Notes: a model not told the origin generated them from the letters alone. 64,000 nucleotides of DNA from Candidatus Micrarchaeota archaeon (GCA_027328425.1 DAHVUT010000017.1:1777-65776), one strand, 5' to 3'; shown: positions 16,589-25,584, numbered from the stretch's first letter. Program-made: numbers and translations.

Positions 16589-16861
16589 TTAATCAACCCA
16601 CTTACTTTTTTCGTAAATATTCCTTCTATGGCCTACTGATCTTATGAAGATGACTTTATTTACTTCATCTACATCAGCAATCAGCCTATAATCACCAATT
16701 CTCAGCTTGTACTCGGGTCTGCCCGTTAATCTTTTGAAAAAATGTCTTGGATCCTCAATGGCGCCTGCAACCTTCTTGATTATCCGCTTAGCAACTGTCT
16801 TGTCCAAGTCCTTCAATTGCGAAAATGCCTCTGAGGAATATTCAACGCTGAAGTTGCCCAC
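16589..16861 (-). CDS. relE: RelE/ParE-family type II toxin
   Basis: YKLRIGDYRLIADVDEVNKVIFIRSVGHRRNIY. The stop TAA is followed immediately by the lpd ATG. The GTG start overlaps the antitoxin stop. Confidence 0.8.
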   Translation of the reverse strand: MGNFSVEYSSEAFSQLKDLDKTVAKRIIKKVAGAIEDPRHFFKRLTGRPEYKLRIGDYRLIADVDEVNKVIFIRSVGHRRNIYEKSKWVD

Positions 16862-17091
16862 TACAACCCCAGCTTCTTTCCAACTTCATCAATAGCATAG
16901 GTTCTGCCGTGTTTGATGTCTAATAGACCGCGCAGCAAAGAAGCCCTGAATTCTTCTGTATATTTTCCTTCTTCGTCGCCCTCAGGTATTAGATCAATCA
17001 GCGTGTCGATAATCTCGCCGTAGGTTGCCCTTTTATAGGGCCTGAGTTTGTTAAGCCTCTCTCTTGTTGCCTTAGTTATTTGTATAGTGGT
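16861..17091 (-). CDS. RHH (CopG/RelB-like) antitoxin; start codon unresolved
   Basis: In-frame TTIQITKATRERLNKLR...AIDEVGKKLGL ends in a TAG overlapping the relE GTG. There is no ATG/GTG/TTG between the upstream in-frame TAG (~17142) and the RHH strand. Confidence 0.5.
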   Translation of the reverse strand, partial: TTIQITKATRERLNKLRPYKRATYGEIIDTLIDLIPEGDEEGKYTEEFRASLLRGLLDIKHGRTYAIDEVGKKLGL

Positions 17092-17169
17092 GTATGCCGT
17101 ATAATCACTGTATAATAAGTGCTTAATAGATATATAAAACTATCTGGGCGACCAGTCTCACCCTGGCAC

Positions 17170-17637
17170 CTATCTTAATTCAAGCACCGGTTCTTCTCCA
17201 TCTGGAACCTTGAAGAGTTTTTGATCAAATAGCTTGATTCGTTTGGGCGTTATCTTAAACATGCTCTCCGTTGCGGCTTTGACGGTCAATGCTGGATCAA
17301 CAACGCCTAGATTGATTTTCCAAAGTCTGAGAGCGTACTTTACCTTCTCGAAGCCAGATATCTGTTTGGCATTTCCATAAAGCTGGAGACCTCGCTTGGG
17401 CTTGTTGATGTTTTGGTCGCTGCCCGCGATGGCTATGGCCACCTTGGGATTCTTGAGTATATTCTTTGCATGAAGGGTGGTTGGGCTGCTCAGAAAGTAG
17501 ATATTGAGATTTTTATCAAAAGCATAGTAGACGGTGGCAATCCAGGGATGTTCCCCGTATGTCGCTACCGCCATCAGCTTGTGCCTAGACAGAAAGTCCA
17601 GAATCATTTGCTTGGTGAGAATTTCTTTGCTTTTCAT
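17170..17637 (-). CDS. Pyridoxamine 5'-phosphate oxidase-like FMN-binding protein
   Basis: LMAVATYGEHPWIATVYYAFD...LYGNAKQI matches the split-barrel family pattern. Confidence 0.65.
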   Translation of the reverse strand: MKSKEILTKQMILDFLSRHKLMAVATYGEHPWIATVYYAFDKNLNIYFLSSPTTLHAKNILKNPKVAIAIAGSDQNINKPKRGLQLYGNAKQISGFEKVKYALRLWKINLGVVDPALTVKAATESMFKITPKRIKLFDQKLFKVPDGEEPVLELR

Positions 17638-17640
17638 AAG

Positions 17641-18355
17641 TCATCTGCCCTCTATTGTTCTGACAGTCACCTCCTCTATGACGGTCTTGGGATTCGTGCT
17701 TACAACCGCGCGTACTATCTTTCCTATGTCCTCGGGGTCTATGAACTTGCTTTTTGGAGTCTTTGTTCCTTTCCATTCGTCTGTAAATACGGCTCCAGGA
17801 TAGATTATTGTAACACCGATGTTGTGTTTTCTTAGCTCCGCTCGCAGGCTCCTGGCCCACCCTCGTAACGCCCACTTAGAGATTGAGTAGATTGTGCCTT
17901 CCTCTTTGCCCTCCGCAGGATACGAATCAAGTGCCCAAACAGACGATGTTATCACCACTCTTTGGCCGTGGCCCTTCTTAAGGAGAGGTAGAAGTTTTTG
18001 CGTCAAATAGAACATTCCTCTAGTATTGACCGCCATTATTCTGTCATACTTGTCAAGCGAAACTGTTCTAGTCGCCCCCGGAATGTATATTCCCGCATTG
18101 TTGACAAGCACGTCGGGCACTATCTGGTGCGCAACACAAAAATGATAGAGTGCGTCTACACTTTTCGTATTAGCAATGTCGCAAGCAAATTGGTCTACAT
18201 GAACTTTTTCTTTGAAGCAATCTCGCTGGCAGATTTCTTTAGCCTGAGGGGGTCTTTTGCTACAAGGAGCAAATCATAAACCATGCTAGCAAGTTCTTCG
18301 GCTATGCCCCTTCCAATCCCCCTGCTTCCCCGGTGACTACGGCCGTTCTTTTCAT
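17641..18355 (-). pseudogene. Short-chain dehydrogenase/reductase interrupted by two frameshifts in homopolymer runs
   Basis: Three frames carry consecutive SDR pieces: MKRTAVVTG / GSRGIGRGIAEEL...SEIASKK / KVHVDQFACD...VLVNNAG...YSISKWAL. The shifts sit at a G4 run (18328-18331) and an A-rich run (18205-18213). Confidence 0.7.
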
Positions 18356-19587
18356 CCAAGCATCTCAAGGAAATCAGGGTCCTCAAGGTACTTCCTGAGA
18401 GCATTGCCGAAGTGCACCGCCTCAGCTCCGTCGACCACCCTGTGGTCGAACGAGAGAGAGAAGGGCAGCTGCTTGCCTATGACTATCTTGCCGTCCTTCA
18501 CCATCGGCGTGTCCCTTATCAGGTGTATGCCCAGTATCGCCACATCGGGATAGTTTATCATGGGCACGGACAGGAAGCCGCCGCCGAGGCTGCCTATGTT
18601 GGTTATGGTGAACGCGCTGTCGCGCATCTCCTCTATTGTGACCTCGCGCTTCATCACACGCTCGTGGAGGCTCTGCAGCTCCTTAGCTATCTCGGTTATG
18701 CTCTTCTTGTCGGCTTCCTTCACAACCACTACCAGTAAGCCATCCGGAGATTCCGCTGCAAGGCCTATGTTGTAGTAGTTCTTCCTTATTATCTCGAGCT
18801 TCTCGTGGTCGTAGCTGGCGTTGAAGTTCGGGTACTCCTTAAGCGCCTGGATCGTTGCCTTTATTATGAATGGCAGGAAGGTGAGCTTTATCCCAAGCTC
18901 CTTTAGCGCTCTCGCCTTCTCCCTCTCCACTATAGCATACAGCGCAGTGGCGTCTATCAGGTCCATGTGCGCCGCCCTCGGTATGGTCCACGAGGCCTCC
19001 ATGTTCTTCGCAATTACTTTCCTGAGCTGCGACATCGGGATGCGCTCCACCTCTTCGTTGTGCTGCTCCTCCAGCGCCTCGGAGTACTTGGGTATGGGCC
19101 TCGCCTTGAGCTGTTCCTCATGCGCCGCGCCCCTTACGTCGTTCTCCATCAGCCTTCCGTGCGGGCCCGTGGGAGTAAGCTTCGATATATCAACACCAAG
19201 ATCTCTCGCTAGCTTCCTGACGGCAGGAGTCGTCAGTATCTCCTTTGCTTCAGCCGGCGCCACAGTTGCTGTTGCGGCCTGCTGATTTGACTCCTGGGCA
19301 GGCTTTTGGGCCGGCTGCTGTGTCTTGGGCTGCGCAGCCGTTCCTTTGAGCTCAGCAGCCGTGCCTATCTCGGCCACCAGATCACCCACGTGCAGCGTAG
19401 TGCCTTCCGTAGCCACTATCTTTATTGTGCCCCCTATCGGGGACGGGACATTGACCACGGCCTTGTCCGTCTCCACCTGGACCACAGTCTGGTCCTCCTT
19501 GACCTGGTCGCCATCCTCGACGAGCCATTTCCTGACGTGGCCCTCCGTTATCCCTTCGCCGACATCCACAAATTTTATCGTTTCCAT
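18352..19587 (-). CDS. Dihydrolipoamide acyltransferase (E2)
   Basis: N-terminal lipoyl domain (VETDKAV), a peripheral subunit-binding domain, and the catalytic DHRVVDG. Confidence 0.9.
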   Translation of the reverse strand: METIKFVDVGEGITEGHVRKWLVEDGDQVKEDQTVVQVETDKAVVNVPSPIGGTIKIVATEGTTLHVGDLVAEIGTAAELKGTAAQPKTQQPAQKPAQESNQQAATATVAPAEAKEILTTPAVRKLARDLGVDISKLTPTGPHGRLMENDVRGAAHEEQLKARPIPKYSEALEEQHNEEVERIPMSQLRKVIAKNMEASWTIPRAAHMDLIDATALYAIVEREKARALKELGIKLTFLPFIIKATIQALKEYPNFNASYDHEKLEIIRKNYYNIGLAAESPDGLLVVVVKEADKKSITEIAKELQSLHERVMKREVTIEEMRDSAFTITNIGSLGGGFLSVPMINYPDVAILGIHLIRDTPMVKDGKIVIGKQLPFSLSFDHRVVDGAEAVHFGNALRKYLEDPDFLEMLG

Positions 19588-19599
19588 TGCAACACGCCC

Positions 19600-20565
19600 C
19601 TATGCGCTAAGCAGCTTGTCTATAGCATCGCCTATGCGCTTCTCGTTCGGAGTAGCGTAGCCCTCGTAAGCGGGGAACGGGTACGGCATGCTTGGGCCAG
19701 CCACCCTCATGACAGGCGCCTGGAGCTCGTACAGCGCCTTCTCCGCGATTCTCGCGGCTACTTCCGCACCTGCACCGTAGCTGAGCGGCGCTTCGTGCAC
19801 TATAAGCACCCTGCCTGTCTTCTTCACGCTTTCCAGGATAGTCGCCTCATCTATCGGGTTTATAGTGCGCATATCTATTATTTCAGCGTCCACGCCCTTC
19901 TTCTCCACTGCGTTCTTCACGGGCTGCACCATGGTGCCGTATGTTATTATGCTGAGCGCGCTGCCCTGCCTGAGCACGTTGGCCTTGCCTATCTCCACTT
20001 CGTAAGAGCCATCGGGCACTTCCTCCCTGAAGAGCCTGTATATCCTGGTGGGCTCCAGGAACACCACAGGATCCTGCATCTTCACCGCCTTCAGCAAAAG
20101 GCCCTTCGCGTCGTAGGGCCCCGAGGGCTCGACCACTATCAGGCCGCCTATGTGCGAGTAGAGTACCTCCGGGTTCTCCGAATGATGCTCCAGCGCGCGC
20201 ACTCCACCCCCTACCGGGGTTCGCACAACCATAGGTACAGTGAGCGTACCCCTCGTCCTCGACCTGAACCTGGCTGCATGGCTCACAAGCTGGTCATAGG
20301 CGATGTACATGAAGCCAGCAAACTGTATCTCCGGAATCGGATGCATGCCGGCGAGCGCCATGCCTATGGCCGCGCCTATTATACTTGATTCCGCCAGCGG
20401 CGTGTCCACTACCCTATCCTCTCCATACTTAGCCATAAGGCCTTCCGTCACCCTGAAGACGCCGCCGTCCTTGCCTATATCCTCCCCGAGCAGCACAACA
20501 TCATCATTCTCCTTGAGCGCTATGTCAAGCGCACTGTTTATCGCCGATACCATGTTCATCTGCAT
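19600..20565 (-). CDS. 2-oxoacid dehydrogenase E1 component, beta subunit
   Basis: Transketolase-like beta-subunit motifs. ATG 20565 is preceded by GGAGGTGA. Confidence 0.9.
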   Translation of the reverse strand: MQMNMVSAINSALDIALKENDDVVLLGEDIGKDGGVFRVTEGLMAKYGEDRVVDTPLAESSIIGAAIGMALAGMHPIPEIQFAGFMYIAYDQLVSHAARFRSRTRGTLTVPMVVRTPVGGGVRALEHHSENPEVLYSHIGGLIVVEPSGPYDAKGLLLKAVKMQDPVVFLEPTRIYRLFREEVPDGSYEVEIGKANVLRQGSALSIITYGTMVQPVKNAVEKKGVDAEIIDMRTINPIDEATILESVKKTGRVLIVHEAPLSYGAGAEVAARIAEKALYELQAPVMRVAGPSMPYPFPAYEGYATPNEKRIGDAIDKLLSA

Positions 20566-20569
20566 GCAG

Positions 20570-21637
20570 TCACCTCCAGAAGTTCGCAGCCTCGGCCGCA
20601 TCCTCTTCCTGCTTCAGCACCTCCGGCATGAAGCTGTAAACATTCTCAAACATGCTCTTGGGATCCGGCTTGAAGGCCTCTGCCTTCGCCACTGCTTCGT
20701 CTATCTGCTTCAACTGCTCCTCATTCGCCTGCTGCTCCATGACATCGTTCCACAGTCCTTTCTTTGTGAGGTAAGCCCTAACCCTGACTATCGGATCCTT
20801 CTTCTTCCAGGCTTCCGCATCGGCGTCGGGTCTGTACTTTGTTGGGTCGTCGGAAGTTGTGTGCATGCCCATCCTGTACGTTACCGCCTCTATGAGTGTG
20901 GGTCCATTCTTTGCGTTCGCTATCGCGTCTTGAACTGCCTTGTAGACAGCAAGCATATCATTGCCATCTACCTGCACGCACGCTATTCCTGCGGCTATGC
21001 CCTTCTGCGCCAGCGTCTTTGAAGCCGTCTGCTTGTTCCTGGGCATCGATATCGCCCATTGGTTGTTCTCGATCAGGCCTATAAGCGGCAGCTTGAAAAC
21101 GCCGCCGAAATTCATCGACTCGTAGAAGTCGCCCTCGGATGTGCCCCCGTCACCCACAAAGGCGATCGCAACCGCATCCCTCTTCTTGTACTTGAATGCG
21201 TAGGCTATTCCGGCACCCTGCGGCATCTGGCTCCCTACGGGCACTGACACCGATAAGCCATTGAAGCCCTGTGGTACAGCGTCGCCCTCTTCGAACCCCT
21301 TCCAGTACAGTATGAACCTGTCAAGCGGGAAGCCCCTGACAACATACATGCCATGCTGCCTGAAATTTGGCACGAAGAAGTCCTGCTTCCGCATGGCGAA
21401 GGCGCAGCCTATATGCACAGCCTCCTCTCCCAGCGAAGGTGCATATGTCGCTGCCCTGCCCTGCCTCTGCAGGCTAAGTATCTTCGCGTCGAGTGCCCTG
21501 GTGAGCAGCATGTACTTGTACATGCTCACCATCTTTGAATCGTCGACGTCCTTGGGAAAGAGAGATTGGTCTATATTTCCGCCCTCGTCCATGACCTGGA
21601 AATAATCGATGCTGCCCTCGTACGCCTTTGAAATCAA
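20570..21637 (-). CDS. 2-oxoacid dehydrogenase E1 component, alpha subunit (start uncertain)
   Basis: TPP motif GDGGTSEGDFYESMNFGG. The track start 21769 overlaps sodX, so TTG 21637 is proposed. Confidence 0.85.
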   Translation of the reverse strand: MISKAYEGSIDYFQVMDEGGNIDQSLFPKDVDDSKMVSMYKYMLLTRALDAKILSLQRQGRAATYAPSLGEEAVHIGCAFAMRKQDFFVPNFRQHGMYVVRGFPLDRFILYWKGFEEGDAVPQGFNGLSVSVPVGSQMPQGAGIAYAFKYKKRDAVAIAFVGDGGTSEGDFYESMNFGGVFKLPLIGLIENNQWAISMPRNKQTASKTLAQKGIAAGIACVQVDGNDMLAVYKAVQDAIANAKNGPTLIEAVTYRMGMHTTSDDPTKYRPDADAEAWKKKDPIVRVRAYLTKKGLWNDVMEQQANEEQLKQIDEAVAKAEAFKPDPKSMFENVYSFMPEVLKQEEDAAEAANFWR

Positions 21638-21734
21638 GAAAACACCAACATGCTCCTTGCAACGAAAAAGTATTTTAGCCTGAGCCGACGCGCAGGTGAA
21701 CTGCACTGCAACTTCAGGAAATGGGTTGCCGGAC

Positions 21735-22016
21735 CTACAGTACGAACAGTACCTTACCAAGAATAGCATTCCTATCGACAGTGCCGAAGGTGCTGCTGTC
21801 GCTGCTGGCGTCCTTGTTATCCCCTTCCAGGAAGTACCTGCCTTCTGTTATTTGCTTGACCCTCTTTATTACCCGCATGTCCTTGAATGGATGCCTTGCC
21901 ACCACAACGTCGCCTGCTTTCGGCCTTGCGAGGCTGCACACCACAGCATAGCTCCCGGGTTCTATCGACGGCGCCATACTTTCGCCATGTACTTTGAAGA
22001 GCGCCAGAGGAAACAT
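21735..22016 (-). CDS. sodX: S26-type signal-peptidase-like protease, putative Ni-SOD maturation protease
   Basis: GESMAPSI (Ser) and VIKRV (Lys) motifs. It lies directly downstream of sodN. Confidence 0.7.
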   Translation of the reverse strand: MFPLALFKVHGESMAPSIEPGSYAVVCSLARPKAGDVVVARHPFKDMRVIKRVKQITEGRYFLEGDNKDASSDSSTFGTVDRNAILGKVLFVL

Positions 22017-22020
22017 GCTA

Positions 22021-22539
22021 TCATAGTTTGGGCAGCACCATCTTCCTCTTCGTCGGATATGGCGCGTCAACACGCTTGCTCTCTATGTTCTTGGTCTTCC
22101 AGAACACCTCCGCTATCTGCATAACGCCCTCGAGCAACGCGTCGCCGGTCTTCACATCAGTAGTCTGCCTCGCCTTCGACGCCTCCTTCATGGCCGTGAA
22201 CACGAGCTCGTGCAGATTCGAGTTGGCCTGCACATGCTCGGGCTTGAAGTAGTCGCCCCACAGTATCCTGAGCTCGTTCTTGCACATCTCCGCGTACTTC
22301 TCCTTGATCTCAGTGGCCCTTACCAGGCTGTGCATGTCCTCCACAGTAGACTTGCCGCCCGCATGCTCGTTGATCTCAGCGATGAGCTCTTGCATCCTTA
22401 TCACAGTGTGCGCTGCAAGCTGTGCGTCGAAAGGATCGTAGATTCCGCACGGATAGTCGCAGTGTGCGTAGACAGGTTCAATGTGCAGCACGCTGTCCAT
22501 TTTCCCAATAATGCCCCTAGCTATCTTCATGGATTCCAA
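22021..22539 (-). CDS. sodN: Nickel superoxide dismutase precursor
   Basis: A pro-peptide is followed by the Ni-hook HCDYPCGIYDP. Confidence 0.8.
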   Translation of the reverse strand: MESMKIARGIIGKMDSVLHIEPVYAHCDYPCGIYDPFDAQLAAHTVIRMQELIAEINEHAGGKSTVEDMHSLVRATEIKEKYAEMCKNELRILWGDYFKPEHVQANSNLHELVFTAMKEASKARQTTDVKTGDALLEGVMQIAEVFWKTKNIESKRVDAPYPTKRKMVLPKL

Positions 22540-22676
22540 CCCCTGCTAGAACTGCGTTATAAAATTATATAATACTTGCCCTGAAAATAAGGGCAACGCA
22601 CCCTGCAGGTACTCGCAGGGGCTAAAAGCCCAAAGGCGCTTGCAATAAAAAGAAACATGTTACGCCAGTGCTTTCT

Positions 22677-23201
22677 TCATTTTTGAGGGAGGTTGAACTC
22701 TTCGAGTTTAGTTGCGACCTTAGGCGGGGTCTTTGGCTGCTCGGCGCGCAGGAGCTCTATCAGATCTTTTTTGGTGAGTCCCAAACTACACACCATACAT
22801 CCAGCAGCCTCTATCTCGCCGTCTTCGATCGCTTCGGGGATTCCCTTTTTCAAAGACTCAGACATGTCCAAATCAATACTGAAATCTAATGCAATGCGTT
22901 CCATATCGGCTATGCTCTTTCCTGGAAAGCGTGACATATTAGCGGATATATTAGCGGACATATATTTTTGGAAACCAATCATCAGTTCCCTCTTACGCTC
23001 TTCCTCTAATTTCGAGAGTGGCTCTACAGGGAATGCTTCGTGGATATCGTGTGCGTCTTGAAAGAAACCATTAGCAATATTCTCAGCTATAGCCCTGTTT
23101 ATTATCTCCTCCAATCTTAGGCTTTTTACTCGCTTTATGAAGCCACTTGCAGTTTTTCCATTTTCAAACGTCTTATTCAGATCTCTAAGGTTTGTACTCA
23201 T
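22677..23201 (-). CDS. Hypothetical protein (174 aa)
   Basis: Clean ATG ORF with plausible composition. I recognise no family. Confidence 0.45.
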   Translation of the reverse strand: MSTNLRDLNKTFENGKTASGFIKRVKSLRLEEIINRAIAENIANGFFQDAHDIHEAFPVEPLSKLEEERKRELMIGFQKYMSANISANMSRFPGKSIADMERIALDFSIDLDMSESLKKGIPEAIEDGEIEAAGCMVCSLGLTKKDLIELLRAEQPKTPPKVATKLEEFNLPQK

Positions 23202-23291
23202 CTGACCACGAAAATACTATGAGTCAGGGGTATTTATTGATTGCCTATTGTTGCAAAACCAAGGATGCCTGCTGCCGGATCGATACCAGTT

Positions 23292-24227
23292 TCACAGCAC
23301 CATAACGATAGCGCCTATCGTGGCAATCGCTATTCCAAGCGCCTGTTTCTTAGCGAAGTGCTCCTTGAGCGCAAAATGCGCCAGAATTACTACCACTATC
23401 GGTGACAGCGCAGTTACCATGCTGCCAACAGCCAGGAACTGAGCCTTTGCCAGCAGGTCAAATGCAACGTTACCAATACCGGCCAAGATTCCTGCAGAAA
23501 TGCCCAACACAATGATAGTGCTGTTCCTGCTTGCAGTCCTTTCTGCCTGCTTAGCTGGCGCAATAAACAGGAAAAGCAGTACGACTAGCGTGGCAATGAC
23601 CCTTGAATATGTGAGGAGCGGAAACGCGTTGCCGTAGACTGCAGCTGAATACGCAGCTATTATCCAGAAGAAGGCCCACGATACGTTGCCGAATAAGGCT
23701 GGAACGAGCCGCTTGTTTGGCCTGAAGCCTACGGCCATGGACACAAGCAGTATCCCGGCAATTATCAATACAGACCCTAAAACATCAGATGTGGTGAATG
23801 TCTCGCCTAGGGCAAATACGCCAAAAAGGGCTATCAGTACAGACTGGAGCATGGTGGTCGCGAACGTGTCTGAAGCCTGTTCTGTCTCGAGGGACTTCAA
23901 GAAAAGAAGGTATCCAAAGGCAAGAAAAGCACCAGCCACCGCAGCCAACTCTACAACAATGGTGCTGGTCTGCGATGGAAAAATGAGCATCGCTGCTGCC
24001 GTTGGCGCTATGCCTGCACCAAGTATGATAAGTGAGAGATATACGTTGCCTATCGAGGAAGCTACCTTCTTCAACAGCAGGTTTGAGATTGCCCAGATTG
24101 CTGTTGCCGCTATGGCCAAGCCTAAACCGTAGTATACCACCGCCACCGAATCGCCTACCTCTTTGAAAGCCCAGCTCCGCCGCAACCACTCGAATGCGTG
24201 CCCAGCACATAGTTGCAACACAGGCAT
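23292..24227 (-). CDS. EamA/DMT-family transporter (10 TM)
   Basis: Duplicated 5-TM hydrophobic pattern, ~311 aa. Confidence 0.7.
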   Translation of the reverse strand: MPVLQLCAGHAFEWLRRSWAFKEVGDSVAVVYYGLGLAIAATAIWAISNLLLKKVASSIGNVYLSLIILGAGIAPTAAAMLIFPSQTSTIVVELAAVAGAFLAFGYLLFLKSLETEQASDTFATTMLQSVLIALFGVFALGETFTTSDVLGSVLIIAGILLVSMAVGFRPNKRLVPALFGNVSWAFFWIIAAYSAAVYGNAFPLLTYSRVIATLVVLLFLFIAPAKQAERTASRNSTIIVLGISAGILAGIGNVAFDLLAKAQFLAVGSMVTALSPIVVVILAHFALKEHFAKKQALGIAIATIGAIVMVL

Positions 24228-24271
24228 TTAAATTCTGCTGAGTGCAAATCAACGCATCGAAAGTTGCGCCA

Positions 24272-24415
24272 ATGGAAATGCTCACATGCGACAGGCTCGG
24301 CAAGGAGTACGAGAAGGGCAAATGCGCGCTTGACAACGTCAGCCTTTCCACACCCGCCAAAGGCATCTTCGCGCTCATAGGCAGGAACGGGGCCGGCAAG
24401 ACCACACTTGCTTAA
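24272..24415 (+). pseudogene. Truncated ABC-transporter ATPase (N-terminal 47 aa only)
   Basis: MEMLTCDRLGKEYEKGKCALDNVSLSTPAKGIFALIGRNGAGKTTLA then a stop. The sequence ends just after the Walker A motif, where the AT-rich island begins. Confidence 0.6.
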
Positions 24416-24430
24416 GGTAAATATTATCAG

Positions 24431-25318
24431 CTATTTCAGGTATCTTTGGTGCTCTTTTATATATCTCCTAAAGAACCATAGTACAAATATCGAATCGATT
24501 TTCTTGACTTGCGCCCTTTCTAAGGCATTATAGTAGCCTATCCGATTTTTGTAGGATACATTGAGCATCGGATAACCTAATCTATTTAAGATAAAGTTCA
24601 TAACAAGACGGGATAGTCTTCCATTTCCGTCTATAAAAGGATGTACTGTAACGAATTTTAAATGCGCCAGCGCAGCTAGTTCAACGGGGTGTATTTTCGT
24701 TTTGTTTTTATTGTACCAACTAAAGAAATCATCAAGCAATGGCATGACTTCTATTGGGCTCGGAGGTACGAATTTGCTGCCATATATCCAAACCTGCCTC
24801 GTTCGTATTTTTCCAGCTATATCTTTTTGTGTATTTTCAAAAAGAGAATGATGCCATTCCAAGATGAGTTGTAGTGTCAAATCCCTTTTATATTTCAGCA
24901 TGTTGTAAAAAACGTTTGAATGGGCTTCTGCCTCTTTAACATCTCTGGTAGGTTTATTTGAAGGCGTTACTCCGTGCTGTAGCAAATTAGCTGTTTCCTT
25001 CAAAGTTAGTGTTGAGCCCTCTATTTTTTGAGTGTCATAAGTAAACTTAATCATAAATCCTTCAATTTCTCTGTTTTTTTCGGAGACAGTTGCAGAATCA
25101 ATATCCTTTTTATAAGCTGCCTTTATTTTATCTAATGACAGATACCACTTTTGGGTATAAATCTGTGTAAGAAAATCGCTCTTTATTTTGTCTAAATTTT
25201 TAGGTATGCTGCTTCCCAAGTATTTCTCCTTCTTAATAACAATTCCATTAAGTCTAAATGAATGTTCAAGATAATAGTACTTTTTACTCCCGTATTTTCT
25301 TTCCCTTATATTTACCAT
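24431..25318 (-). CDS. fic: Fic/DOC-family protein (class II, intramolecular inhibitory helix)
   Basis: Fic motif HPFIDGNGRLSR. The N-terminal TQKIEG fits the inhibitory (S/T)xxxE(G/N) motif. Confidence 0.85.
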   Translation of the reverse strand: MVNIRERKYGSKKYYYLEHSFRLNGIVIKKEKYLGSSIPKNLDKIKSDFLTQIYTQKWYLSLDKIKAAYKKDIDSATVSEKNREIEGFMIKFTYDTQKIEGSTLTLKETANLLQHGVTPSNKPTRDVKEAEAHSNVFYNMLKYKRDLTLQLILEWHHSLFENTQKDIAGKIRTRQVWIYGSKFVPPSPIEVMPLLDDFFSWYNKNKTKIHPVELAALAHLKFVTVHPFIDGNGRLSRLVMNFILNRLGYPMLNVSYKNRIGYYNALERAQVKKIDSIFVLWFFRRYIKEHQRYLK

Positions 25319-25329
25319 AATAATACTTA

Positions 25330-25375
25330 CCCCTACATATTTATAAATATTAGTATTTCTATCAAAATGTAGGGG
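25330..25375. promoter_or_regulatory. 9-bp inverted repeat (cccctacat / atgtagggg) bracketing a TATA-like ATTTATAAAT, immediately upstream of fic
   Basis: The arms are at 25330-25338 and 25367-25375. The fic ATG is at 25318. Confidence 0.35.
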
Positions 25376-25428
25376 CAGACATTAGGCTGGCTATTGGATT
25401 CGTACCCTGCTTCCTCGTAAAGCAAAAA

Positions 25429-25480
25429 TGGACTCAGCGGGATTCGCACTCGCAGCCTTCCGCTTGCAAAGTGGAACGGT
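25429..25480 (-). other. tRNA-Ala(UGC)-like 3' fragment (anticodon arm to 3' end), no 5' half
   Basis: About 80% identical to positions ~26-73 of the tRNA-Ala at 28469-28540, including the unusual TGCGAAT T-loop. It has stem mismatches (A.C in the anticodon stem and the T-stem). No matching 5' acceptor strand lies within 200 nt. Confidence 0.6.
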
Positions 25481-25584
25481 CGTAGCTTTATCGTCTAGCT
25501 TTTGTTTCATGTAGTCACCGTATGTTTTATTTTCGCAGATGCGAACATCTGTGTTTCTGCACACAGATTATGCCACGTTCAGAA

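Noticed and set aside
19306-20388. 360-aa plus-strand ORF antisense to E2/E1beta. Similar long antisense ORFs occur at 42877-44439 (520 aa), 60026-61228 (400 aa), 34627-35334, 28541-29086, 48167-49408 and 39478-40056.
   Set aside because: Each fully overlaps a strongly supported gene on the other strand. Their products have the H/R/L/Y-rich, repetitive composition typical of stop-poor antisense frames of ATA/AGG-biased genes.
25429-25480. tRNA-Ala(UGC) fragment as a functional tRNA gene
   Set aside because: No 5' acceptor/D-arm half is nearby, and two stems carry mismatches. It is reported as a fragment only.
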